Shown: piece by piece, positions 29,135 to 42,487 of the stretch
Numbering within the stretch: the stretch's first letter is position 1
Layout: each line of letters opens with the position of its first letter
Assembly: GCA_964016885.1 (NCBI GenBank)
Contig: OZ024743.1
Location: 109,802,001 to 109,866,000 of the forward strand
Length of the DNA stretch: 64,000 bases
Reading direction: 5' to 3'
Origin: Eledone cirrhosa
Lineage: Eukaryota
Position numbers and translations under genes: made by a program
Notes under the pieces: generated by a model
Told to the model about the DNA's origin: nothing
What the model saw: only the letters and a program-made list of their open reading frames with translations
The model's database searches: none

Positions 29135-29944
29135 AATTTACTTATATATATATATATATATATATAATATACAATGATATAACATAAATGGAAACTATAT
29201 TTATAAATATATATTTATTCTATTATATATATTTCAAGGGTATCAAAAAACTTTGGTACGCTTTCATCAGATAAAATACAAATACTTTTTTTATAAATGT
29301 TGACATAGCCAAGGAAATCATACCTTATCAGTTGAATTTTCTTTGAATATTTACTCCAGAAATCTACCGAGTGTTCTGAATCAGTTATAAACATTTATAT
29401 TTGTTGAATTTCCAACAAATTAAATATCCCTTCTACTTATATATATATATAACATAGAAAAGGCTTCTGCAGCAATAGAAATGTTTCGTTGGGGCGTAAT
29501 CATCAGGAAACCCACTGTCCAAGTAATATGGTGTCGTGTTTATAAATATTATGGTGGTAGGACAGGGTGGTAATTGGGATGGGCGGAGGTCATTGGTTGA
29601 TGGGTTTAAAAAAAAGGAAATTCTTTTAAATAGGAAAAGAGTCAGGACCATGATAGCTGAGCTCCGGTCGTTTCGACAGCCATTTCTGTAACTCAGTGTT
29701 GTTAGCGCAGCAGTAGTCTGACTGAAATTATAAAGGGGTAATTCCATATATGGGCATGCACTCGTGTCAACGAAGTTTGAAAGTTGTTGTTATCAGCGGA
29801 GAGGTCAAAGTATTTGTAAGTACAGTTAAATTCCTTCATAGCGGCGGGTGGGGATGGGGGTGGCTGACCACGCCAGTAGAACAAGGGGAAGGAGGAATAT
29901 GACAATCTGACCTGTGGATGTAGGCCGGTCATGCGTTAAGAGGG

Positions 29945-30665
<721 letters not shown>

Positions 30666-30686
30666 TGGGACAGAAATATATATATA

Positions 30687-30732
<46 letters not shown>

Positions 30733-31000
30733 GAGCCTTTACCGCGGTTTCATGCTCCAGAATAAACGGAAAATTCAAGCAGATTTTCATTGAGAAGGGA
30801 GCAATCTTCAGAAGGTTCTTTTCCCTCAGAGAATTTAAAATTGCCGAGTTCAAATCACAAACTGGCGCCATACAAAATCATTCCCAAATGAGAGCGGATG
30901 ATGAAAGAAATAAGTATGTCTGGGGCCGTGTGCAAAGGCAAAAGGCAGGGTGGGCAGGTCAATGTACTGCCACTATATATAGCAGCAGTCCAAACGGCCA

Positions 31001-31041
<41 letters not shown>

Positions 31042-31046
31042 TATAT

Positions 31047-31402
31047 AACACATGCACAAGTTAAGCACCCAACACACACAAAAACAAGATGGCGTAGGAC
31101 AGAACAAAGAAGAGGCACAAAAACAAAGAAAATAATCCCCAGCCACTGAAGAGGTCACAGGATGTGTGACGAAAGAACTTTGACAATATATAAACAATTA
31201 TCTGGTTGTGGAACCAACCAACAAAACCAACCGGACATTTATAAATTCCTAAATTTATAAATTTATTATAATACATTGAAGTGAAAGCTGTGGTGGGTGT
31301 GTGTTTCTTATTGGCAACGTGACCCTCCCAAAGTATAACAATATCGGTTTCAACACACGTTTTCAGATAAAGAATCTTGCGAAACAAATTCAGAAACGAA
31401 GC
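31047..31402 (+). mobile_element. Solo 3' end of the Naiad-like PLE family, with a hammerhead at 31142-31184
   Basis: Homologous to 13725-14065; GCCA-CTGAAGA-G-GTCAC..GTGAC-GAAAG-aa-CTT-TGAC; (TA)n on both sides. Confidence 0.85.
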
Positions 31403-31403
31403 A

Positions 31404-31445
<42 letters not shown>

Positions 31446-31448
<3 letters not shown>

Positions 31449-32717
31449 TTTAGTTTAGCGAGGTTTTTTATATGAAATCGCGTGTCGAAACAGATATTGT
31501 TATACTTGGGGAGGGTCATATTTGCGTAATATTGCCAGAATTAATAACAGAACACACTCACTGTTTGGTTGGTTTTCGCTTCTCGCTGTCTTTTATATCT
31601 GCGATCTAACTTACTCGGTCCTCAATGTTGTCATTGACTGAACGACGGTCAAAAATAATACAGATACAATATAGACACAAACACATATATATAGTTTACA
31701 TAATTTACATAAATCTTTCGTTGCACATCTGCAACATCGTCAGTGGTGTTATATTCTTTGTTCCTCCTGTTGTGTTGTATGTCTACGCCATTTTTTATTC
31801 AGTCTGTCTATATATTTATTTATTTATTTGCTTGTTTGTTTATCTTATTTTATTTTGTCTTCTTTGCGCATGCGTTTGCGTGTGTGTATAGTGTTATGTG
31901 TGCTGTGTGACTAGTGTGTATAGTGTTGTGTCTGCTGGGTGACTAGTGTGTGTTTATGTGCTTGTTGTTATTGTGCTTGTGTATGTATTTAATTATCTTA
32001 TTTTATTTTATTTTATTTATTTATTTATTTATAAATAAATACATACACAAGCACAATACACAAGATAAATAAATACATACACAAATAAATACATACACAT
32101 ACACAAATACATACACATACACACATACATACACATACTCATACACATACACATACACAAATACATACACATACACAAATACATACACATACACATACAC
32201 AAATAAATACATACACAAAATAAATACATACACAAGCACAATACACAAGATAAATAAATACATACACAAGCACAATAACAACAAGCACATAAACACACAC
32301 TAGTCACACAGCACACATAACACTATACACACACGCAAACGCATGCGCAAAGAAGACAAAATAAAATAAACAAACAAACAAGCAAATAAATAAATAAATA
32401 TATAGACAGACTGAATAAAAAAAATGGCGTAGACATACAACACAACAGGAGGAAAAATATAACACCACTGACGATGTTGCAGATGTGCAACGAAAGATTT
32501 ATGTAAATTATGTAAACTATATATATGTGTTTGTGTCTATATTGTATCTGTATTATTTTTGACCGTCGGTCAGTCAATGGCAACATTGAGGACCGAGTAA
32601 GTTAGATCGCAGATATAAAAGACAGCGAGAAGCGAAAACCAAACAAACAGTGAGTGTGTTCTGTTATTAATTCTGGCAATATTACGCAAATATGACCCTC
32701 CCCAAGTATAACAATAT
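31446..32717. mobile_element. Non-coding foldback of two PLE 3' ends (about 480-bp near-identical arms)
   Basis: 31495-31995 is inverted to 32245-32717. The terminal motif tgaccctccccaagtataacaatat resembles the Naiad-like ends at 13990 and 31320. Hammerhead core in each arm. Confidence 0.85.
32461..32504 (+). ncRNA. Hammerhead motif (mirror copy at 31707-31750, minus strand)
   Basis: CA-CTGACGA-T-GTTGCA gatg TGCAAC-GAAA-G at TTA-TG; core intact but stem I only 2 bp. Confidence 0.6.
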
Positions 32718-32921
32718 ATATATATCACGATACATTAATGGAGCCATAGACTCTCGCCGTTCCCTGTTATAAGGAGTGAAATATCACGATACATTAACGG
32801 AGCCATATACTTATATAGTTATAGAGGTATTTATTTACGCTTTAATTTATATTTTTAATTATCGTATCTTTATTCTGGCTTTCATATGTTATAAATTCCA
32901 TACACGGGCGGTTTTTCCTTG

Positions 32922-33032
<111 letters not shown>

Positions 33033-33298
33033 ATGGTGAAATCGAAAATGCTACTGGAGTTTTATTTAAAAAAATATATATATGTATATATTTGGTGAGA
33101 AAAACCACAGACCCTCCATCTCAACTCACCTTTTGAAAAGCAGAAGAACTGCGAAACCGGTAAAGGAACCAAATCAATATATATATATATTTTTAAATAA
33201 GACTCCAGTTGCATTTTAGGATACATCTTATTTTTCTTAATACTTTCACTCGTGTAGGACTCCTCGGTTATTTTTCATTTTGTAAAAAGAACCTCACA

Positions 33299-33358
<60 letters not shown>

Positions 33359-33359
33359 T

Positions 33360-33392
<33 letters not shown>

Positions 33393-33437
33393 GGAACCAG
33401 TAAGACCCCGACGGCTGAGCTCAAGCCGTTTCGACGG

Positions 33438-33500
<63 letters not shown>

Positions 33501-33539
33501 GTGTGTGTATTTATATGTATGTATTTGTATATATTTATA

Positions 33540-33594
33540 TACACTGGAAGGTAGTATCCGTGATCGGCCTGATTTGCATATTCGTAGACTGGCT

Positions 33595-33659
<65 letters not shown>

Positions 33660-33816
33660 TGTGTGTGTGTGTATCTACCTGGCAGTCTGATAATATGCAA
33701 ATCAGGCCGATCACGAATATTACCTTCCAGTGTTCTACATATATATATATAAATACATACATATACATACACACACACACACACAATATATATATATATA
33801 CTCACACACACACACA

Positions 33817-33908
<92 letters not shown>

Positions 33909-33919
33909 GCAGACTGGCT

Positions 33920-33973
<54 letters not shown>

Positions 33974-34690
33974 TAACACCCAGTCTGCTAAAATAGAAAT
34001 CAGGCCGATCAATCACTGTGTACTTTTCAAAATAGCATATATTTTCACTAGCTCTGACTGTTTGGCAGGTGAACAGTGAGCTGTACTGATGAAGGGTGAT
34101 ACGCAGACACATTAGTGTCTGCAGTTCCCTTCGAATGCCAACATAATAGCAAGAATGAATGGTTCATTCTACTGACATGGCTATAAAATTGAGTCTTGTT
34201 TGCATAATAGCAAACGAATCGAATGTTATTATTAATATTCGAAAAACTCAGATTACATTTATAGTATTCAGCCATGTAGAGCGAACATTTTCTTTTTTAT
34301 TTGAATTTGGCAAAGCCGGCCATTTATCGCTCGCATACAGGAAACTGACTGGCCAGTCTGATGATATGCAAATCTGGCTGATCAGTGGGTCTGCTAATAT
34401 GCAGATCTGACTGATAAGCCAGTCTGCTAATATGCAAATCAGGCCGATCAGTCACTGTGTATTTTTGAAAATCGGATATATTTCACTAGCTTTGACAGTT
34501 TGGCAGGTGAACAGTGAGCTGTACTGATGAAGTGTGATATTAGTGTCTGCAGTTCTCTTCGAATGTCAACAAAAGAGCAAGTATAAAGGGTTCATTCTAC
34601 TCACATGGCTATAAAATTGTGGCTTACTTGCATAATTGCAAGCGAATCGAATGTTATTATGAATATTCGGAAAACTGAGATTACATGTAT
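33540..34690. repeat. Composite repeat: inverted pair 33540-33600/33672-33735, 33-bp subrepeats, and a 280-bp direct duplication 33980-34262/34420-34690
   Basis: Unit ccagtctgctaatatgcaaatcaggccgatca recurs; degenerate hammerhead at 34080-34150 (GCTGTA-CTGATGA-AGGG..GCAGACAC/GTGTCTGC..CCCT-TCGAATG..CATA-ATAGC). Confidence 0.75.
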
Positions 34691-34766
34691 TATATATATA
34701 TATACAGCATATATATACACACATACACACACACACATACACCCACACACACACACACACACACAC

Positions 34767-34859
<93 letters not shown>

Positions 34860-34870
34860 TATATATATAC

Positions 34871-34926
<56 letters not shown>

Positions 34927-36933
34927 AAACGGGAGGAAATCACTGTTAAATACATTAGATAAAGGAAATACTGTCTTTTTAAATGGAATATGTATATAGA
35001 GGAGGATCACTATTTCATTCGTTTTACCTCATTAGAAATGTTCTGTGTTGGTGAATTCAAATGAAAGAAACTGTTCTGAGTATGGCTGTAGTAATCATTT
35101 ATATACAGATTCGTTTCGTATTATTATATACAGATATATACATACGTACACATACACATACAAACATATTCACAGGCACATACATATGCGTATGTGTATA
35201 TGAGAGTAAGATACATGGACATAATGTTAAATTTTACAAATATTTTTATATTTTAGTATTAATCTTATGCAATTAATAGTAAACAAATATTCGTGTGGGT
35301 CATCGACAATACATCACTATGATGTATTATTGATATATTATTGACCTGACATGTGTGATGTATTAAAGAAAGAAATACAACGAAATGAATTTAATTCAAC
35401 ATAATTACACATTTTACATTTTCTGTATATTTTTATTTGTTATTATTGTCGGCATTCAAAGAAAAGAACACCCTGTTATGATAAGTAGTAATTTAGGAGT
35501 CTCTTAAATCTATAGGGCTCTTGGCCCATGATTATATGTCCTATATATTTGGCTTGCCTGAGAATAATTTAAAAATATAGAGACCCACAAATTAAGGGAG
35601 GAATAAGTAATTATATTGGATTCGGATTGATTGCTTAAATACTTTCTCTCCATATTATATGCATATGTGTTCGTGTATATATAATTTCTAATACAACGGT
35701 ATTCTTTCCTTCCATATAAATATCTAAACGTGAAAAGTGTCGAAATTTGTATAAGACAGTTTAGTTCATATCATAAACTAAGATATTTATTCTGTATCGT
35801 GGCAGGTATCATGTTAGAAATGAATCATAATAAAGTAAATAATAGGATGCTGTGTCTATATACCGTCGGCTTTATATTTTGATGAAAGATTTACTTTAAA
35901 ATATGTTCATAATTTAGTTTATTGCACCAGCTATTCCGATAGGGGATGTCTTAAATAAAAGCATGATTTGACCTATGAAATACATGTCTTATCCAGATCT
36001 ATTATGGAATTGCATATGAATATACAAGCATCGGTAATGATATATTCATAGAAGTAGAAAAAGATCTCTCAGTTTAAAATGATTTAAAATTTTTGCTTCA
36101 GAAAATTATAAATATTTTAATGGATAAGTGAATCAATTTGATACAATTGCTTCGGTCAAAGGTCTAAATGAAGAAGTTTATTCTAAAGAAAAACATGACA
36201 TAGAAATCGGATAAATTTGCAGCTTCTAACGATGCAAGTGCCATATACAAGGAATATATCCTGGAAAAATAATTCCTGTTTTGAACACACTACCATTTCT
36301 ATATTCATGCTTCACATTATGTTCTATTTTATATTGAGTGAATGTTTTACTTTACTATAAGCTTCCATAAATTCTCAGACATATATGCGAACAATATTTA
36401 TAGAGATAATATATAAACTCAAGGATGAATGTTCTCAGAAATCTCAAACACAGATATCTCAAACACACATATACACACAGATATATGCTTATGCACACAC
36501 GGATACTACTGGAAGGATATTGACAAAGTGTCGTTTTTCTTTGTTAAATTAGTAAGTAGACTATTTGTAGTGTGTAAGCATTGGGTGGCTCTCCTATCCT
36601 ACTGGTCAGATTAACTGTTGCCATCTGGTGTGACAATTTGGGACGTTGCATTTCACCTCAGCAACCTGTCGGATATTCGTGAAAATATTGGGCTAATCTC
36701 CTAAATTCAGGGACAATAAACACTGAATACCACAGACAAACACGCACACACGTACACTCAGACACACACACACACGCATGCATACACGCCCCCCCCCCCC
36801 ACACACACGCATATATATATATAATAATAAAGTATATATCCCTACATGCAAAATACATATAGGGACACATGCATTATCCAACCATATGCCAATGTGGTTC
36901 TATGGCGGGTTAATAATCTCCGAGTGAAAAGAT

Positions 36934-37017
36934 CCTTCTGACGAGAGTCTTTCTTTTCTATGGATGTCCGTAAGGACTATCCATTTATTTTTGAGACTTG
37001 AAACCGTACGGTAAAGG
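36934..37017 (+). ncRNA. Type I hammerhead ribozyme with extended stem II
   Basis: CCTT-CTGACGA-GAGTCT..[TGGAT-GTCC gtaa GGAC-t-ATCCA]..AGACTT-GAAA-CCGTACGG-TA|AAGG; all three stems pair and stem III is palindromic (ACCGTACGGT). Confidence 0.85.
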
Positions 37018-37083
37018 TAACTATAGCAGGTACAGTGAATTTTTAAAAATTTATTTTAAATTATTTTCTTATTTATTAAACCT

Positions 37084-37157
<74 letters not shown>

Positions 37158-37194
37158 TATATATATAATATATATATATGTATATCTATATATC

Positions 37195-37293
<99 letters not shown>

Positions 37294-37938
37294 TTTGTAT
37301 GTACTTATATGTAAATATAGCTGATTCAGACAGGGAAATTCTGTTTTGTCAAATAATTGGTATCTCAAATGTGAAAAGAATGATATATAATTATTATTGT
37401 TTCCCCATTTTCTATTTTTTGTTCATTTGATATTTTTCTTAAACCTGAATTCTTTATTAAGTCACATTTTATATTAATTTCTGCCAATAGAGGACACCCT
37501 CAATTTCTTGAATTTCAAATTATACCCTATTATATATTGTCCATAGAGACATTAGTCTTTGTCCTTGATATTTTAAGAGGATAGACAAATGTAAAAATTA
37601 CTTTATAATAAAAGTTCCCAAGTAGAATATTTTTTCTCAGCGCCTTCACAGATGTTTGTATTTTGCTTTAGGTTTAGCTATATTTTGCCCATAGCTAATT
37701 TATCACATCCCACTATCACATAACCAATTATGTCAACCGCCCCATCATCTCCATAAATCTGGCATTATTTATGTCCCCCTGTTTCCATATTCCTTCTATC
37801 TGCTTCCAGGATTCCTTTCCGATTATCATTCGCATTGGAACATTTATGTAATTGTTAGTTATAGAAAATGTGAAAATGTTCAGATATAATGTCTTGAGTA
37901 TAATCTATCTCTCAATATACATCCACATAGTACCTCGT

Positions 37939-38458
<520 letters not shown>

Positions 38459-39380
38459 CTACAAATTCAGAGACAATGCTTCCTACATCCAACGCATTAG
38501 CAAGGAATCACACTGTATCGCCAAATACGAACCCTTTCTAAATGCTTCCACTTCGGACTAAACCAAAGCTAACACACTTTAAAATCAACACACTAGAATT
38601 ATCTCTTTAGCAATGTATCGTACTCCAATATTCCAGCAACCTCTGACAACTATATAATGCAGACCAAGCAACCACATAGTAACACCCACATCAGCAAGTC
38701 TTGGAGGACATCCACGGAGATCATTGGATAAATGGAAACATTCAGGTGCCAAACTAAATGCTTTACATTCCCCTGAATCTGGAAGCTTCTGCTGAAGATA
38801 GAATAGGTAATCAATGGCTCTGAACCCCTCTTTGTAGCAAAGTCTTCTCCATCCCCCAAATCTAAAATTCCTTCTAGGGATGACATTAATATTTCAATAA
38901 CTCTAAATTTTCTTTGTGGCAAAAAAACAAGGCCAATGTTGATTTCTTCTAAGAAAAAATACCAAGATAGATATTTTTAAAAGCACCACCACCCCCCGGT
39001 CAACTCAAAGGTCAACCAGCCTTTCAAACCAATCTCAGCCAAACCTTGTATCCACTATTCAAAGGGTCACACATAGCAGTCTGCAACCACAACAACCATC
39101 CCCTGCCCCCTCCCTCTTTTCTCCTCTCCTCTCCTGCTTCTACCCTCTCCTGTCACAACAAAGCCATAAGCAGAGAAGGATGGACAGACAAAATGACTCT
39201 CTTCTCTGAAGGACAACGTTTGTGAAAATTAACTTTTCTTCCCCGCTCACTATATTTGTATCTCTTTTTTTGTTATTATCATTATTTTTCACTATTTATA
39301 CAAATATGCAACTTAACAATATTCTGAATATCCACAATTTAAAATACATTTAACGCTGAAACCGGAATTGTAAATAAATT

Positions 39381-39560
39381 AATTGTTTCTACTTTAGGCA
39401 CAAGGCCTGCAAATTATCCAGTGCATTACTGGTACTATATTTTGTCGACCCCATAAGGATGAAAGGCAAAGGCAACCTCGGCGGGATTTGAACTCAGATC
39501 GTAAAGGGACGTAACTATGCCGGAAAGCATGGCGTCCGACCCTCTACCGATACTGCCAAA
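39381..39560 (-). mobile_element. tRNA-derived SINE (octopod-type)
   Basis: Minus-strand A box TGGCAGTATCGG, B box GAGTTCAAATC, core TTTGCCTTTCATCC..GGGGTCGA; interrupts the 39165-39620 repeat. Confidence 0.85.
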
Positions 39561-39741
39561 ATTTCCCCAAAAATATCTCTTCAACATTGTCTACAGAAAA
39601 TAGCTTTTTCCTTTCAACTATTTATTTATATATATATGAACTCGTGTGCTACCTTTCTACATTCGATATATATATAATTCAGGGAGACAACAAACAGAGG
39701 TACCAACAGTATGCATATATATATTATTGTACATTTTTTAT

Positions 39742-39925
39742 GCGGTGGATTGGTAGTATCGGTAGTGTGTCTGGCACCATGCTTTGCAGCATAGAGTTAT
39801 GGCCCTTTAGGTTATGAGTTCAAATCGAGGTTAACTTTGCCTTTCATCGTTACGGAGTCGATAAAATAAAGTACCAGTAATACTCTGGGTTAATTGCTGG
39901 CCTTGTGCCAAAATAGAAACAATTA
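39742..39925 (+). mobile_element. tRNA-derived SINE
   Basis: tggtagtatcggtag..gagttcaaatc..tttgcctttcatc..gtcgataaaataaagtaccagt..ggccttgtgcc..gaaacaatt. Confidence 0.85.
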
Positions 39926-40904
39926 TTTATGCATATAAGTAAAAATATGCGTATATATGTATACATCGACACGTAATAAATCCTTAGGTATATACAGCAT
40001 CCATGGGCACGTTTAAAACTGGCGGAGCCCAACCAATTTCCAGGGCTGAATGCCGCCGATTTGTTCCACAGAAATAGAGACAGGGAAAGAGAGAGAGAAA
40101 ACGTGAGAGGGAAAGAAAGAATGAGAGTGGGAGAGAGAGAAATATAGGGGGGCGTATAGGAGATTTAGTCGCAGTACTTAACTGTTACTTCTTATCGAAT
40201 CTGAATGGATGATGGGAAAATTTCTCTTCGTTGGTTTCTGAAACCAGAGCGCTGGAAGCTAGAATATAATATCACAATTCATTCAGGCCGACGCCCTAAC
40301 ATACCCAGATGTTCATATATTTGTATATGTTTATGTTAATTGTCATATCCGTTTTTACAAAGTATTCAAATGTGTGAGTGTATAGATTATTTTTTTAAAT
40401 GAACATTTGTATCTAATTAGGTAAAGTTTATCTAAAATTCTACTCTCAAGGAAAATCAGCTGCGTCAAATAATCCGTTTCAAGTTTGGCAACGTTGTAGC
40501 ATAGTTTGTTATTATAGTTTCCATATTTAGGTATTTGTTTTCCTTTGACATTTCTTTCCATAGTCAAAATGCCTGTAAAATCATCTTGTATATATTTTAT
40601 AGGGAAAATCCTTTTCTCTGTGCCCTTGGAGGATTAAATAGAAAAAAGGAAAATACATATGCAAGTGTTTATTTCAATTAGAATTGTTATATGTTAGTAT
40701 AATAGTTTTTTCATTGCTTTTTCACCAGTTCGCTTAAAGATTATACTATACATATTTTTCCAATAAATAGAATTAATCTTATATTATTGTATCTTTTGGA
40801 AGGTTTACTCTTCCAATTCTCAATAGTATTACAGTGTGAATTCACTTTATAGTCACCAAGTTAATCATATTAAAGCACAATTTTACAATTCACTAAATTA
40901 AAAA

Positions 40905-41662
40905 CCAGGCTATGGATATCTTCCAGAAATCCTTAGCCTGGCAGTACTTCCACCGAGAGTTGCCTGTCCGAGATAAACTCTGCAGGCATGGAAGTGCCAC
41001 CAGCTGGGCATGCCTGAGATGCGCGCAGGAAAATAAAGCCGTCATGCACGCCTTCGTCATGTGTCCGAATATTGCTGGCTGATGGGTTTCTGTGGAATAA
41101 CTGCTGTCACGTATAGGACTAATCCGACAAACAACTGAATTCATCGTCACAATCCTCCCACAGTCCTTCGTTAGCCAAGAAGGAGACGCTGGCTGCGTGT
41201 GTGTGTCTGGTAACCATAGTGAACCAGGTCATATGGTGGATGTGTCTGAAAGGGCTGAATATACGCACATTCCGATTCAGTGACCCCCCCCCCCCCCCCC
41301 CCTTCATTAAGTTCTTTAGGTTTACTTGAAGAGGAAAATAAGGAAGGAGAAGGAAGTGTTACATTCAATGTATTGAAAGCTTGATCAAAGTGGCAAGGAG
41401 GATCTAAGGTAATTGGCCTGCACTGAGCGCGTACCTGTAGATTGAGGAGAGACACTAGGGTGAGGGCACTTACCCTGGCGCTCAGGGTAACTGTGACTTT
41501 TGTGAGTATCCCTCTTCCTTGGGGAAGTTTCTTTCACTGCTATTTTTTTGGTACATCCTATGTTTTACTTTTATATTCATATTTTACACACATAATCCAA
41601 TATTGTACCGTCCTGTGCTCTCCTTACTATATTTTGTGTAAACTCTTTGTTGTTAATAAATA
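40905..41662 (+). mobile_element. Tx1/L1-clade LINE 3' fragment
   Basis: FQKSLAWQYFHRELPVRDKL and a CCHC-region remnant; 3' UTR ends in gttaataaa. Confidence 0.8.
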
Positions 41663-41665
41663 ATT

Positions 41666-41878
41666 GGACTGGCAGTGTCTGTTGTACATCCAGTAACATG
41701 CTTCATGACATACTGTTAGGTTCATTTACGTTCTGTGTTCAAATTCCGCCGATGTTAGATTTGCCTTTCATCCTTACGGGGTTTGTACAATAAAGTATCA
41801 GTGACGTAGTGTGGTCGATTTAATCGACTCCCCCCCTCACCCAAAATTGTAGGATTTGTCGCTTAATCAGAAACCATT
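41666..41878 (+). mobile_element. tRNA-derived SINE, longer variant
   Basis: gttcaaattccgccga..tttgcctttcatccttacgggg..gtcgattttaatcgact. Confidence 0.75.
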
Positions 41879-42487
41879 AATGCCTAGACCTTCTTAGGAC
41901 ACATCACCCTACTTTTCTTCCGATTTTCCTCTAAAGAATGCTAATGTTACTTAAGAGAACAAATAAGGTATTGCAATACCAGTAATAGTCGTCGCACTTG
42001 GAATAAGAAAAAAAGGGTCCTGCAAAATATAAGAACCAAATACCTGGAAAGCCATCTCTGAACCAGATGCTGAAAATAGTGATGATGGCACTGTCCATGT
42101 CCCGAGAAGGGCACTATCTATTTAAAAACCTTGCAAAGACATTTACTGTAAAAAGCGTCAGGTGCCAGGTTGACACTCGGCATACTTGGGGAAGAGTAGA
42201 ATTCAAATGTAGTTTCAAATAATAATATTAATAATAATAATGCTTTCTTTATTAACCACAAGGGTTTACATAAAGTAGACATTAAGGACAGTACATGACA
42301 ATACAGGACGGTATAAATGGGCATTTCTGCGTGTAAAAAAAAACATAGGATGTAATAAAAAAATAACAATGAAAAATTCCCCATTGGAGGGAGACTTCCG
42401 AGGGACATTTGTGGAGAAAGCCCATTAAAAGGCCCAGTGACCCTGGCCACCAGGGCAAGTGCCCTCTCCCAGTGTTCCACCTTTAAT

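Noticed and set aside
29470-29512. Minus-strand CTGATGA..GAAAC
   Set aside because: Stems I and II do not pair convincingly.
30775-30818. Minus-strand CTGAAGA-TTG..CAAT-GAAA
   Set aside because: No matching stem I or cleavage triplet geometry.
34350-34450. CRISPR-like array of 33-bp repeats
   Set aside because: The units are contiguous with no unique spacers, there are no cas genes, and the context is eukaryotic.
38460-39160. Possible very old PLE coding remnant upstream of the 39165-39620 repeat end
   Set aside because: Too degenerate to recover diagnostic motifs by eye.
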